A stretch of 64,000 nucleotides of DNA from the NCBI GenBank assembly GCA_964646885.1, contig CAZYFM010000002.1, positions 10,720-74,719 on the forward strand, read 5' to 3'. The first letter of the stretch is position 1; every line of letters starts with the position of its first letter. The notes under the pieces are model-generated. The model did no database searches, was not told the DNA's origin, and saw nothing but the letters and a program-made list of their open reading frames with translations. This DNA comes from an uncultured Flavobacteriaceae bacterium. Its GTDB lineage: Bacteria > Pseudomonadota > Alphaproteobacteria > Micropepsales > Micropepsaceae. Of the stretch, positions 19,341-29,433 are shown piece after piece. Made by a program: the position numbers and the translations under genes.

Positions 19341-21122
19341 CTAGAACTTCACTGCTACGCCAACCTGACCAGTGACCGAGTCGTTTCCTGCTGTCGCAAC
19401 CGAACCGGACACCATCAACGGCGTCTGCGTATCGAGGCGGTATGCACCGCGGACCGCAACGCCGTTCTCACCCTGGTAGAAGCCGCCACCCAACGCGAAG
19501 CTGGTTTCGCCACGCTCCAGATCCATCAGAGGCGCCGACAGCGCGATGGTCGACGCAACACCGCGATTGAGCTTGGCAACAGCGCGCCGCAGTTGCCCCA
19601 TGTTGACCGCGTCGTAGTTCAGGATGCCGTCATCGACATTCATCAGCCTGCGCTCTGCACCCACGTCGCCGAATGAAACGGTGTTGTCGACGCTTGTCAC
19701 CGAGTTGCTGCCGATCGCAATGGCGTTGGCATGAGTTGCAACGGCATTGGGTCCAAGCGCCGTCGAGTTGGTGCCTGTAGCCGTGGCTCCGTCACCGAAT
19801 GCTGCGCCACCATTGGACGCCGTCGCAAGGGCACCCATGGCGATCGAACCTGTCGCGGTAGCCCCCCGGCCAACTGCAATCGCGTTCACGCCTGTGGCAG
19901 ATGCTCCCTGGCCCACGGCAACGGCGCCAGCCTGTGTCGCACGCGCTGTATCGCCCAGCGCCACCGACGACGTTCCTGATGCGATGCTGCCCGTACCTAC
20001 TGCCGTCGCCCGTGCGCTCCCCGCCGAAGAGTTGGAACCAAACGCAACAGCATCAAGTCCGCCAGCCGCCGCTCCGTTACCGACAGCCGCAGCATTTCCA
20101 CCAATGGCGCTCGCGAGGCGACCAACCGCAACCGAGTTGGCTCCCCCGCCGGCGCTGCCAGCCTGCGAGCCGATTGCCACGGCATGGGCGGCGAGTGCCT
20201 GCGCCGAAAGGCCGAAGGCAATGCTGCCCTGCTGGGCGCCATTGGATCCATTGCCAATCGCGATTGCGTCCGTATGCCCGGTCGTCGATACCGCTCCAAG
20301 CGTGCCAACGCCCGCCAGCGCGCCACCACCGATCGAAATGCCGGGCTGAAACGTCGTGCCGTCCTTGTTGCCGATCCACATCGCGCCATTGTGCACCGAC
20401 AGGCCGGATGCAACGGCAAGCGATCCGAAGCTACCGGCTCCCGTGACATCGAGATCGCCATTGATTTGCGTGTCGCCGTTCACGGTTGTGGCACCGGTGA
20501 TCGTCATCCCGCCATTGCCAATGATCGGGCCGGTCACCGTGATCTGGTTGTTGAACAGCACATTGCCTGAAAAGGTTGCGCCATTCTGGACAGTAAGCCC
20601 CTGGTTCGCATTCAGCATCCCGGCAACATTGATGCCGCCATTTGCATTGATCACGCCCGTGACGTCGACGGTCCCCAGAAACTCGGAATCACCACCGAAA
20701 CTGGCGCCACCATTGGCCTGGACCGATCCCAGAAAGTTCGCTTCGCAGTTCGGCAGGTCACCTGCCTGCTGCTCAAGCGCGAAGGCCGCAGTGCCAAGCG
20801 CCAGCGCGGCAGCCTGCGCGAGAATGCCGGGGATTTCGCTGATGATGAACACGGCGCCGGCAGCTTCGGTCCCAAGACCGATGAAATCCGCAGCGATTTC
20901 AGCGGTTTGGAGGCCAAAAATGACGTCATCCAACTGCTCCGCGCAATCGGCGTTGGCCGCAAGGGTCTCCTGCGTCGCCCCGAGATTGGTCTCGGTGAAA
21001 CCTGCATATGCAGGCATTGCCAGCATCGCATTCAACGCAAGGGCGGCAGTGCCTGCGTGGACTGTCGAGTTCATCAGCAGCTTGACAGAGCCGGATGCCA
21101 GACGACCAGCGAAAGTAGACAT
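19341..21122 (-). CDS. trimeric autotransporter adhesin (type Vc, YadA-like)
   Basis: Hep_Hag-like head repeats (NSVAVG, DAVAFG, NAIAVG, NAIAIG). Neck motif SFGDVGAERRLMNVDDGILNYDAVNMGQL. Short C-terminal anchor ending VGVAVKF. ATG at 21122 gives a signal peptide ending AMPAYA. Confidence 0.88.
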   Translation of the reverse strand: MSTFAGRLASGSVKLLMNSTVHAGTAALALNAMLAMPAYAGFTETNLGATQETLAANADCAEQLDDVIFGLQTAEIAADFIGLGTEAAGAVFIISEIPGILAQAAALALGTAAFALEQQAGDLPNCEANFLGSVQANGGASFGGDSEFLGTVDVTGVINANGGINVAGMLNANQGLTVQNGATFSGNVLFNNQITVTGPIIGNGGMTITGATTVNGDTQINGDLDVTGAGSFGSLAVASGLSVHNGAMWIGNKDGTTFQPGISIGGGALAGVGTLGAVSTTGHTDAIAIGNGSNGAQQGSIAFGLSAQALAAHAVAIGSQAGSAGGGANSVAVGRLASAIGGNAAAVGNGAAAGGLDAVAFGSNSSAGSARATAVGTGSIASGTSSVALGDTARATQAGAVAVGQGASATGVNAIAVGRGATATGSIAMGALATASNGGAAFGDGATATGTNSTALGPNAVATHANAIAIGSNSVTSVDNTVSFGDVGAERRLMNVDDGILNYDAVNMGQLRRAVAKLNRGVASTIALSAPLMDLERGETSFALGGGFYQGENGVAVRGAYRLDTQTPLMVSGSVATAGNDSVTGQVGVAVKF

Positions 21123-21660
21123 GTAGGTGCTCCCCAAACAGATTTCCTGCGCACCCCCCGGTGCGCTCGTAGCTGGTTCGAGACAGACGGAACGGCTGCA
21201 CACGGTGCGTGCAACATGTCACCGTTTTCTCTCCACCAAGACTTGCGGGATATCGAACATGTATTCCGGAGGCTGTAAATCTGGCGAAAACACGAACTGT
21301 GCGGTCAACACTCGCTTGGATCGCGAAGTCAAACTGAGCGGAGAAGCGGCTGGCGGAAATCCTCGAATTCATGACTCGCCCCGAAGATGAACGCAGCGCT
21401 CCACAGCACCGCGTGCAGATGAAATCGTGATATTTCGGGGCCACGTTGAGAGACTGTGCTTTTGAAGTCATGCAGTGCATTTATTGCCTGCAGCAGTTCT
21501 ACTCCTCGGTATGGCAACTGTTCAGGCGTACGAGCACACCCGTGGGACAACGGCCGATTGCGTTGACACTCGCATCGCAGACGGCTTGCGACAATCTGCA
21601 GTTGTCAGTGGCGCCGAATGTACTATAGATCGCTTGATCGGGAGCTTGCGGTTGAAGTCC

Positions 21661-22170
21661 ATGTACCTTCGCGTGATCATCGTTTTCTCAGTGTGCGCGG
21701 CAATGGTTGCTTCGCTGTGGCTGCTAAGGCGCGATACGCCGATCAGCGACTCGACGACCCTTGCCATTTCTGTTCCCCAGGTGAAGCGTCCGGAAATGCC
21801 TTCGCCGATCGCGATGCTGGCGATGCTCAGGGGAACCTTCCTGGCAATCGACCACGGCATGAAGACGGGCAATTACACCGTACTGCGGGACCTCGGCTCC
21901 AGCCGTTTCCGAAAGGCCAATCCTGCAGCTCGACTGGCGCAGGTGTTTGGCTCTCTCGCCGCAGAGCAGGTCGATTTGCTGCCAACAGCCGTGGTGGATC
22001 CGATGTACACCAAGGCCCCGGCCCTCACGCCGGACAACATGATTTACATGGCGGGAATGTTCACGATCGAGCCGAAATCCGCGGCATTCGAAGTTCTGCT
22101 CGAACTGGAGGACGATCAGTGGCGCATTTTTGCCATCGCGATTGCCCCTGCAGCGGGGCGGGCACAATGA
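21661..22170 (+). CDS. hypothetical membrane-anchored protein, paralog A
   Basis: ATG at 21661 (MYLRVIIVFSVCAAMVASLWLL). By eye it shares about half of its residues with the downstream ORF, including KTGNYTVLRDLGS, DLLP and WRIFAI. Confidence 0.65.
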   Translation: MYLRVIIVFSVCAAMVASLWLLRRDTPISDSTTLAISVPQVKRPEMPSPIAMLAMLRGTFLAIDHGMKTGNYTVLRDLGSSRFRKANPAARLAQVFGSLAAEQVDLLPTAVVDPMYTKAPALTPDNMIYMAGMFTIEPKSAAFEVLLELEDDQWRIFAIAIAPAAGRAQ

Positions 22171-22649
22171 TGCGCAACCACATCGCAACGGCCATTGTAC
22201 TGGTGGCTCTGGGACTTCTGGTCTTCCCGTCCTCGCGCATCGAGGCTGCGGATCTTCCGCCCGAGCTTGCCGCGACGCCACAATTGCCATCGCAGATCGC
22301 GATCCTGGCGATGGTCAGGAGCACGTTGGTCGCTGTGGATCAAGGTAACAAGACGGGCAACTACACTGTTCTGCGAGACCTTGGCAGCCCCTCCTTCCAC
22401 GCCGCCAATGACCCATCAAAACTCTCGCTGATATTCGGGAACCTGGCGTCGCAGGGCATCGACCTTCTGCCGGTCACGGTCGTGGAGCCCGAGTACCGGT
22501 CTCCGCCATCCATCACGCCAGAGAAGATGCTCTACGTCATGGGGACCTTTCCGATCCTGCCGAAGCCGGTGAACTTCGAGATCATGTACCAGATGCACGC
22601 AGGAAAATGGCGAATGTTCGCCATTCTCGTACAGCCTGCTGAAAAGTGA
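22167..22649 (+). CDS. hypothetical membrane-anchored/secreted protein, paralog B
   Basis: ATG at 22167 overlaps the stop of paralog A (ATGA). N-terminal hydrophobic segment IATAIVLVALGLLVF. Shares KTGNYTVLRDLGS, DLLP and WRMFAI with paralog A. Confidence 0.7.
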   Translation: MMRNHIATAIVLVALGLLVFPSSRIEAADLPPELAATPQLPSQIAILAMVRSTLVAVDQGNKTGNYTVLRDLGSPSFHAANDPSKLSLIFGNLASQGIDLLPVTVVEPEYRSPPSITPEKMLYVMGTFPILPKPVNFEIMYQMHAGKWRMFAILVQPAEK

Positions 22650-22677
22650 CGAGCGGACTTCGATCCAGCGTCTGTGC

Positions 22678-24006
22678 TCAGCTGCGCTCCTTCGCAAAGG
22701 ACCGACCTGCCACCAGATAGTGATACGCCGCCCAGAGGTTCAGCAGCGATGTCAGCATCAGCGCGTAGCGCAGAGACTGCGTCCCGTAGGCAGGATTCAG
22801 CAGGTCACTCAACGCACCGACAGCCAAGGGCCCAAGGCCCAGCGCAATCAGGTTCAGGATGAAGAGCATGATCGCCGAAACGGTTGAGCGCATGTGGAGG
22901 GGAGCCAGGCTTTGCACCATGGCAAAGCTTGGACCCAGGTAGAACGCGCCAAGCACCGTGGCCGGCAGGTAGAACACGAGCGCCCACGTGAAGTCGTCGC
23001 TGAGGTAGAAGCCGAGGACGAGCGGCGCAGCAAAGGCCTTCGCCACTGCAATCACCCACGCATTCCATCTTTGATCCTTTTGGGCCAGCCGGTCTGCAAG
23101 CCAACCGCCCGCGAGAGCACCCATACCGCCCAGGAGGCCCACGATGGGCCCCAGCACCAATCCGATCTCGAGGCCGGAAATCCCGTGCGTGCGCTTCAGG
23201 AACGAGGCTGCGAACATCACGCCTCCATAACCGACAAACGACGTCAGGGTCAGACCGATGACAACGTGCCGGCAGGCCCGAGACACCCAGATGAAGCGGA
23301 ACGCAGCCTTCAGGGCCTCCATCGTTTCCGCACGCGTGGGCTTGGGACGAGCCGCCTCCTCGATGCGACCGTCGGCAAGCCCTCTCTTGGGCTCATCAAT
23401 CGTGAAGTAGATCAGCACGGCAATGAGAAGCCCGGGAAGCCCGGCCACGAAGAAAACCGAGCGCCACCCCCACGCCTCTGCAAGCGGGGCTCCGATCAGG
23501 AACCCCAGCATTCCACCAAGATAGACACCGAGCGCATAGAACCCGAGCGCACGCGACCGTTCGTGGGGCGCATACATGTCTGCAATCATGGAGTGGGATT
23601 GCGGTGAAGAGCCCGCCTCACCGATGCCGACACCGATACGCGCCAGAACGAGCTGCACGTAATTGTTCGCAAGACCGCAGAAAACCGTCATGACGCTCCA
23701 CACGGTCACCGCAGCGGCGACGATGTTGCGGCGATTCATCCGGTCCGAGAGCACCGCAATCGGGATGCCAAGCGAGGCGTAGAACAGGGCAAAGGCGAAC
23801 CCGGTCAGCAGCCCAAGCTGCGTGTCCGACAGCATCAGGTCCTTCTTGATGTGTTCGGCAACGGCACCAATGATGGTTCGGTCGAGATAACTGGATGTAT
23901 AGGCCAGCGTCAGGATGACAAGCGCATAGGTACGGGTTCGTTTGACGCTGTCGGGAACTTCAATGTTTCGGGCCGGGTCAGATTGCGCCCCAGAGTTCTC
24001 AGCCAT
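22678..24006 (-). CDS. MFS transporter
   Basis: About 12 hydrophobic segments and the MFS loop motif LSDRMNRRN. Confidence 0.85.
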   Translation of the reverse strand: MAENSGAQSDPARNIEVPDSVKRTRTYALVILTLAYTSSYLDRTIIGAVAEHIKKDLMLSDTQLGLLTGFAFALFYASLGIPIAVLSDRMNRRNIVAAAVTVWSVMTVFCGLANNYVQLVLARIGVGIGEAGSSPQSHSMIADMYAPHERSRALGFYALGVYLGGMLGFLIGAPLAEAWGWRSVFFVAGLPGLLIAVLIYFTIDEPKRGLADGRIEEAARPKPTRAETMEALKAAFRFIWVSRACRHVVIGLTLTSFVGYGGVMFAASFLKRTHGISGLEIGLVLGPIVGLLGGMGALAGGWLADRLAQKDQRWNAWVIAVAKAFAAPLVLGFYLSDDFTWALVFYLPATVLGAFYLGPSFAMVQSLAPLHMRSTVSAIMLFILNLIALGLGPLAVGALSDLLNPAYGTQSLRYALMLTSLLNLWAAYHYLVAGRSFAKERS

Positions 24007-24087
24007 TTCCCCTCGCGCGTGTCATGCGTGCAGTCGAGGGGGCACGATAGCTGTTCCGCCACATCGCGCAACAGCAGCTTCGTTAAT

Positions 24088-24114
24088 GGCGCGACGGGAC
24101 GAACCCGTCGCGCC
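24088..24114 (-). terminator. GC-rich hairpin immediately downstream of the M16 peptidase gene
   Basis: Perfect 11-bp stem GGCGCGACGGG / CCCGTCGCGCC with a 5-nt loop. No strong U-tract follows. Confidence 0.45.
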
Positions 24115-24123
24115 ACGCAGTCC

Positions 24124-26979
24124 TTACTTCATCACCGGTGCCGGAATGACTTCAATCGGAAGACCGATCGGCTCCAGCTGCTTCTTGACGACCGAAGCAT
24201 CGCCCACGATGACCCACAGGATCTTCGAAGGATCAAGCTTCGCACGTGCAGCATCGTCCAGATCCTTCGCACCAAGCGCCTGATACTTGGCTGCAAGGGT
24301 TTCGTAGTAGTTGTCCGGACGACCGTAGTTGACGACCGTCTGAAGGCCACCCATCACTGCGCCAGCCGTCTCGAACCGTCCTGGCAGTCCACGCACATTG
24401 CCATTGACCGTCCGCTCAAGCTCTTCGGCACTGACTCCCTTGGAGGACAGGAACGCCTTCATGTCAGACAGCAGTTCCTTCACGGAGTCACCCGTGCGAT
24501 CCGACTGCACCGGTGCATTGATGCTGAAGGGAGCGCTTTCCAGGTGGTTCAGCACGGTGCTGCGCACGCCATAGGACCACCCCTTGGTCTCACGCAGGTT
24601 CATGTTGAACCGCGACAGGAAGCTGCCGCCCAGCACTTCGTTGGCCGCGCGCAGGACAACGAGGTCATCGCGTCCCTTGGCATCGAGGATCGCAGCACCG
24701 GCAATCACGGATTGCGGCGATTTCGGACGGTCGACAAGCACGATCCGTGACTTGGCCTTCGGCGATGACACCTCGAACGACTTGCGCGGCAGCGCATTCG
24801 CCGGAGCTTTCCAGTCTCCAAAGCTCTTCTCGAGCGCGGACACAACCTCTGAAAGACTTGCATCACCAACGACGAAGAACCGCCCGTTGTCCGGACGCAG
24901 CCAGTTGGCATGGAACGCAGCCAGCTGGTCACGCGTCAGTTTGGCAACCACGTCGGCGTCGCCAGTACCGGACGGCGGCACGCCATACGGATGGGCAGCA
25001 CCGAACAGCATCGGCCAGATCGTGCGCGAGGCGATGGCATTCGGATTGTTGAGCTCCGACGCAATGCGGGCAAGCTGCTGCCCACGAAGGCGCTCGACTT
25101 CCGACGGATCAAACTTCGGGTTCCTCACGACATCAGCGAAGAGACCGGTCGAGGCACCGAGGTTTGGCGTCAGCGCGTTCAGCGTAACCGACGTGCGGTC
25201 GAGCGAAGCACCCGTACCCAGGAAAGCGCCCAGGCGCTCGCTTTCTTCGGCGATCTGCACACTGGTGCGCGATTGCGTGCCCTCGGTCATCAGGCTGAGC
25301 ATCAGAGACTGGGTGCCAAGCGCATCCTTCGGATCTGCTGCATACCCTGCATCAAACTCGAGCGTCACCTGCACGACCGGAACCGCCTTGCGCTGGGCAA
25401 ACACGACTTCCATGCCGTTCGAGAGTTTTGCACGCTCGATCGTCGGGAAGTCGAGAGGTGCAAGGGCTCCCACTTCCGGCAGCTTCGACCGGTCAACCGC
25501 CATCTGCGGCGACAGGGTCTGCTCCTCACCCGGCTGTCGATAGTGCTTGGCGCTGAGCGCACCGCTGACCTTGAGTCCCGGATCACCGCCACGTTCCGCA
25601 CCCGTTTCGGTGCGCTCGCCAGGCTCGACCGTCAGCGAGTAGACCGGACGCGAAAGCCACTTCTTGGCGCTCGCCTTGACAGCAGCCGGCTTCAGGGCCG
25701 CCCAACGCTGAAGCTCCTTCTTGTAGAAGGCCGGATCATTCGAATAGAGCTCGCCCTCTGCCAGGGCCACGGCCTTTCCGCCAAAGCCCCCGACCGCTTC
25801 CAGGCCACGCACGGTGCTGGCAACGGACACGGTCTTCGCGCGTTCGAGCTCATCCTGCGTCGGACCTTCCGCTAGGAACTGATTGATCACTTCGTCCAGC
25901 CGCTTGGCAACCAGCGCCGGGTCGACGCCAGGCTTCACGTCGGCATTCACTTCGAAGATGCTCGCATGCTGGAATACCTGGACATTGGCTGACACGCGCA
26001 CGACGATCTTTTCGTTGCGAACAAGCGCATTGTCGAGGCGCGAACTGGAGAGACCGCCAAGAACGGTCGCCGCAGCCTGCAGGGCAACGGACTCCTTGTC
26101 GTTCAGGCCGGGGACCGCCCACATGCGGTAGATGCGCGTCGTGGCAACGCGATCCTTCATGACTTCGCTCTTGGGGGCGCTCAGTGTCGGGACGGGCGCA
26201 TCAACTTCGCGAACGGGCTTTCCACGCTTGATGTCGCCGAAGTACTTGTCGACAAGAACCTTTGCCGTCTGCACGTCAACATCGCCAGCGAGTACGAGTA
26301 CGGCATTGTTCGGACCGTAATTGTCGATGAACCACTGCTTCACGTCGGCCAGTGAAGCGTTGCCTATGTCATCCATCGAACCGATCGTCGAGTGGTGATA
26401 GGGATGACCGGGCGGAAACAGGTTTTCCTGCTGCGCATATTCCACCAGCCCATAGGGCTGGTTGTCGCCCTGGCGCTTTTCGTTCTGCACCACACCGATC
26501 TGGTTCGTGAGCTTTTCTTGCGTCACGGCTCCGAGCAGGTGCCCCATGCGATCGCTCTCAAGGAACAACGCGCGCTCAAGCGCTCCGGTGGGAACGGTCT
26601 GGAAGTAATTCGTTCGGTCCAGCCAGGTCGTACCATTGAAGTCCGTCGCACCAACCTGCTGCAGCGGTTCGAAATAGTCGCCAGGCGCATTTTCCGAACC
26701 GTTGAACATCAGGTGTTCGAAAAGATGCGCAAAGCCGGTCTTGCCTTTGGGCTCGTGCTTTGAGCCAACGCCGTACCACACGGACACGGCGACCACGGGA
26801 GCCTTACGGTCCGTGTGCACGATCACGCGCAGTCCGTTGTCGAGCGTGAAGGAACTGTGCGGGATATCGACCATGCGCACGAGTTCACCCACCGGAGCAG
26901 GCTTGGCAGCGCTCGCCGGAACGGCAGCGAGCATGGACGAGGCCGCAAGCGCGGCCGCGAAAATTGTCACACGAAGCAT
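24124..26979 (-). CDS. M16 (pitrilysin/insulinase) family zinc peptidase, double-length, secreted
   Basis: HxxEH zinc motif in FAHLFEHLMFNGS. Two M16 active/inactive domain pairs are implied by the length. ATG at 26979 gives MLRVTIFAAALAASSMLAAVPASA. An alternative ATG lies at 27030. Confidence 0.9.
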   Translation of the reverse strand: MLRVTIFAAALAASSMLAAVPASAAKPAPVGELVRMVDIPHSSFTLDNGLRVIVHTDRKAPVVAVSVWYGVGSKHEPKGKTGFAHLFEHLMFNGSENAPGDYFEPLQQVGATDFNGTTWLDRTNYFQTVPTGALERALFLESDRMGHLLGAVTQEKLTNQIGVVQNEKRQGDNQPYGLVEYAQQENLFPPGHPYHHSTIGSMDDIGNASLADVKQWFIDNYGPNNAVLVLAGDVDVQTAKVLVDKYFGDIKRGKPVREVDAPVPTLSAPKSEVMKDRVATTRIYRMWAVPGLNDKESVALQAAATVLGGLSSSRLDNALVRNEKIVVRVSANVQVFQHASIFEVNADVKPGVDPALVAKRLDEVINQFLAEGPTQDELERAKTVSVASTVRGLEAVGGFGGKAVALAEGELYSNDPAFYKKELQRWAALKPAAVKASAKKWLSRPVYSLTVEPGERTETGAERGGDPGLKVSGALSAKHYRQPGEEQTLSPQMAVDRSKLPEVGALAPLDFPTIERAKLSNGMEVVFAQRKAVPVVQVTLEFDAGYAADPKDALGTQSLMLSLMTEGTQSRTSVQIAEESERLGAFLGTGASLDRTSVTLNALTPNLGASTGLFADVVRNPKFDPSEVERLRGQQLARIASELNNPNAIASRTIWPMLFGAAHPYGVPPSGTGDADVVAKLTRDQLAAFHANWLRPDNGRFFVVGDASLSEVVSALEKSFGDWKAPANALPRKSFEVSSPKAKSRIVLVDRPKSPQSVIAGAAILDAKGRDDLVVLRAANEVLGGSFLSRFNMNLRETKGWSYGVRSTVLNHLESAPFSINAPVQSDRTGDSVKELLSDMKAFLSSKGVSAEELERTVNGNVRGLPGRFETAGAVMGGLQTVVNYGRPDNYYETLAAKYQALGAKDLDDAARAKLDPSKILWVIVGDASVVKKQLEPIGLPIEVIPAPVMK

Positions 26980-27112
26980 CAGGAGTTTCCCTTGCGAAAA
27001 AGTGCGCCGACCATACCAGCGCAGGCTCATTTCTCAATGTCCCGGAGGAAGAAAATCGCGACTGACTGCGCGCGCATCGCCTGCTAATGTTCTCCTCACA
27101 GGAGAAATTCAC

Positions 27113-28078
27113 ATGAAAGACTTTGCAGGTAAAATTGCCGTGATCACGGGCGGCGGAACAGGCATGGGCCGTGAACTCGCGAAACAACTGGTGGCCGAGG
27201 GCTGCACCGTGGCGATGTGCGACGTCTCCGCCGAGAACATGGCCGAGACACGCAGGCAATGCTTAACGGCGGCGCCGCAAGGAACCAAGGTGATGACCTT
27301 TGTCGCGGACGTCTCCGACGAGAACCAGATCCTGAAATTCAGGGACGCCGTAGCTCGCGAACTCGACACGGATCACATACATCTGCTGTTCAACAATGCC
27401 GGAATTGGTGGAGGCCCAAGCTTCATCAATTCGCCGCGCGAGGAATGGGAACGCACCTTCAATGTGTGCTGGTACGGCGTCTACTATTCGACGCGCGCCT
27501 TCATCGGCATGATCCTCAAGGCGAAGGAAGCCCATATCGTCAATACATCAAGTGTGAACGGCTTCTGGGCATCGCTCGGGCCAACGCGCGCCCATACCGC
27601 CTACCCTGCCGCCAAATTCGCAGTGAAGGGCTTCACCGAAGGACTGGTCAACGACTTCCGGCTGAATGCACCCCACGTCAAGTGTTCCGTTGTCATGCCC
27701 GGTCATATCGGCACGTCGATCGTTGAAAACTCCCGCAAGGTGTTGACCGGACATGGCATTGGCGAGATGTCAGCCAAGGAGATTTCCGACGCGCGCCGCT
27801 CCCTGAAGACGATGGGCATGCCGGCCGACGTGATGACGGACCTTCAGATCCAGCAGGTGATGCAGGAAATGGCTCGGCAGTTCGAGGCAAACGCGCCCAC
27901 GACAGCAGCTCAGGCCGCCACGATCATCCTGGATGGTGTCCGCCAGGAACGGTGGCGCATCCTCATCGGCGCCGATGCCGAATGCATGGACCGCCTCGTC
28001 CGCGAAGCGCCGGAAGAGGCCTACGAACAATCGTTCCTGGACCGTCTCAGGGCAGAGGGTCATTGGCGCGCAATCTGA
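27113..28078 (+). CDS. short-chain dehydrogenase/reductase (SDR)
   Basis: ATG at 27113 is preceded by GGAGA. Cofactor motif TGGGTGMG and catalytic YPAAKFAVKG (YxxxK). The track ORF from 26702 is an upstream artefact. Confidence 0.9.
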   Translation: MKDFAGKIAVITGGGTGMGRELAKQLVAEGCTVAMCDVSAENMAETRRQCLTAAPQGTKVMTFVADVSDENQILKFRDAVARELDTDHIHLLFNNAGIGGGPSFINSPREEWERTFNVCWYGVYYSTRAFIGMILKAKEAHIVNTSSVNGFWASLGPTRAHTAYPAAKFAVKGFTEGLVNDFRLNAPHVKCSVVMPGHIGTSIVENSRKVLTGHGIGEMSAKEISDARRSLKTMGMPADVMTDLQIQQVMQEMARQFEANAPTTAAQAATIILDGVRQERWRILIGADAECMDRLVREAPEEAYEQSFLDRLRAEGHWRAI

Positions 28079-28093
28079 TCAGAACATCCCCAA

Positions 28094-28118
28094 CCTGGTC
28101 CTGAAGTTCAGGACCAGG
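28094..28118. terminator. palindromic hairpin between the convergent SDR and histidine kinase genes
   Basis: CCTGGTCCTGAA g TTCAGGACCAGG, perfect 12-nt arms. It overlaps the kinase stop codon. There is no U-tract on either side. Confidence 0.4.
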
Positions 28119-29433
28119 CGAGACCCAGCGTTGCCTTGAGACCGCCGCCTGTCCTGTTCTCCAGCCGGACATCCCCGCCATGCGCGCGTGCGATGGCGCG
28201 AGCCAGCGTGAGGCCGAGACCATGACCCGGCCTGTCCTGCGCCATGCCGCGGGTGAAGGGAGCGAATACCTGGTCGAGGGCTCCAGCCGGAAGCCCCGGC
28301 CCCCGGTCACTCACCTCCACCAAGACCTGGTCACCGCAGGCGCGAACGACAACTTCCGCCGAGCCCGCATACTTGATGGCGTTTTCGATTAGGTTTCGGA
28401 CAGCCCGACGGATCTCGTTGGGCCTGCACCGGACCTCAACCGCTCGGTCGGGAACGATGGACACGTTTTCGCCCAGATCAATCAGGTCCTCGCAAAGGCT
28501 TTCAACGAGAGCCATCAGGTCCACGCAGCGTGGCAACTCATGGCTGACACCATCCCGGGCAACTTGCAGCGCGGCCTCGGTAAGGCACTGGAGCTCATCA
28601 AGGCTCCCCGAGAACGAATTCCGTAGCTCCTCGTCATCAATGAACTCGCTCTTCAGGCGCAGCGAACTGATGGGAGTGCGAAGGTCATGTCCGACGCTGG
28701 CAAGGACCATGCGCTGGCTGTCAACCAGGGGCACCATGCGCTGAGCCATGAGGTTGAACGAAGCCAGTGTCTGGCGGAGCGGCGCTGGTCCCTGCTGCGG
28801 CAAGCGGGCGAAAGGCTTTCCCTGCTGAATCTGGTCGGCGGCATCGGCAAGTTGCCGCAAGGGCGCTGCCAGCCGCCGGGCGATCCACACGCTGAGCAGG
28901 ACAAGCATGATGGCAGACACGGCGCCCGAGAAAAGAATGCCCGGCAGCAGGGACTCACCCACCGGCCAGTAGAACTCGCCATTGAGCCATTCGCCATTTC
29001 CGAGGGCCACTGCCACGGCGAAGCGCTCTTGCTGTCGAGGATGCAGTTGCTCGACCAGGCTCAACTCGGGACGGCCGCGCTTTGTCACTCGCACATCGGC
29101 GTCCTGTGGCAGCGCCAGAACCCTGCGGAGCCGATCCTCCATCACGCCATCACGGTCACTGCTGAATGCGACGCGCGGCACGGTGCCGACTGCCAGCCGC
29201 TCATGGCGCACCGACGCAAGACTGAGGAGCTGCGCTCGACCCTCCGCAGGGACACGCCGGTAAAGGTCCGCAAAGGCATCAATCCGGGCCTCGACGGACC
29301 TGAACCGCTCCGACCGTGCCGCAGACAGGCGACGCTGCTCGGCCACCAGCAGCGTCAGCCCGTTTGAGAGCAGGAGGACGACAAGGATCCCGGCAGAAAT
29401 CTCAAGCCAAAGCGGAAACGAAACCGGCTTCAC
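28108..29433 (-). CDS. EnvZ-like sensor histidine kinase (periplasmic loop, HAMP, HisKA, HATPase)
   Basis: H-box SVGHDLRTPISSL, NLIENAIKYA, DRGPGL and GHGLGL. Two TM segments flank a loop of about 150 aa. The GTG at 29433 overlaps the regulator stop (GTGA), which makes it a likelier start than the ATG at 29499. Confidence 0.88.
   Translation of the reverse strand: MKPVSFPLWLEISAGILVVLLLSNGLTLLVAEQRRLSAARSERFRSVEARIDAFADLYRRVPAEGRAQLLSLASVRHERLAVGTVPRVAFSSDRDGVMEDRLRRVLALPQDADVRVTKRGRPELSLVEQLHPRQQERFAVAVALGNGEWLNGEFYWPVGESLLPGILFSGAVSAIMLVLLSVWIARRLAAPLRQLADAADQIQQGKPFARLPQQGPAPLRQTLASFNLMAQRMVPLVDSQRMVLASVGHDLRTPISSLRLKSEFIDDEELRNSFSGSLDELQCLTEAALQVARDGVSHELPRCVDLMALVESLCEDLIDLGENVSIVPDRAVEVRCRPNEIRRAVRNLIENAIKYAGSAEVVVRACGDQVLVEVSDRGPGLPAGALDQVFAPFTRGMAQDRPGHGLGLTLARAIARAHGGDVRLENRTGGGLKATLGLAWS

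Noticed and set aside
26702-27112. Upstream extensions of the SDR ORF (26702) and of the second paralog ORF (21618-22166), plus the 21475 start of the first paralog.
   Set aside because: The extensions overlap the oppositely oriented M16 peptidase gene or the upstream paralog in another frame. Internal ATGs with SD sequences, signal peptides or Rossmann N-termini give canonical protein starts.
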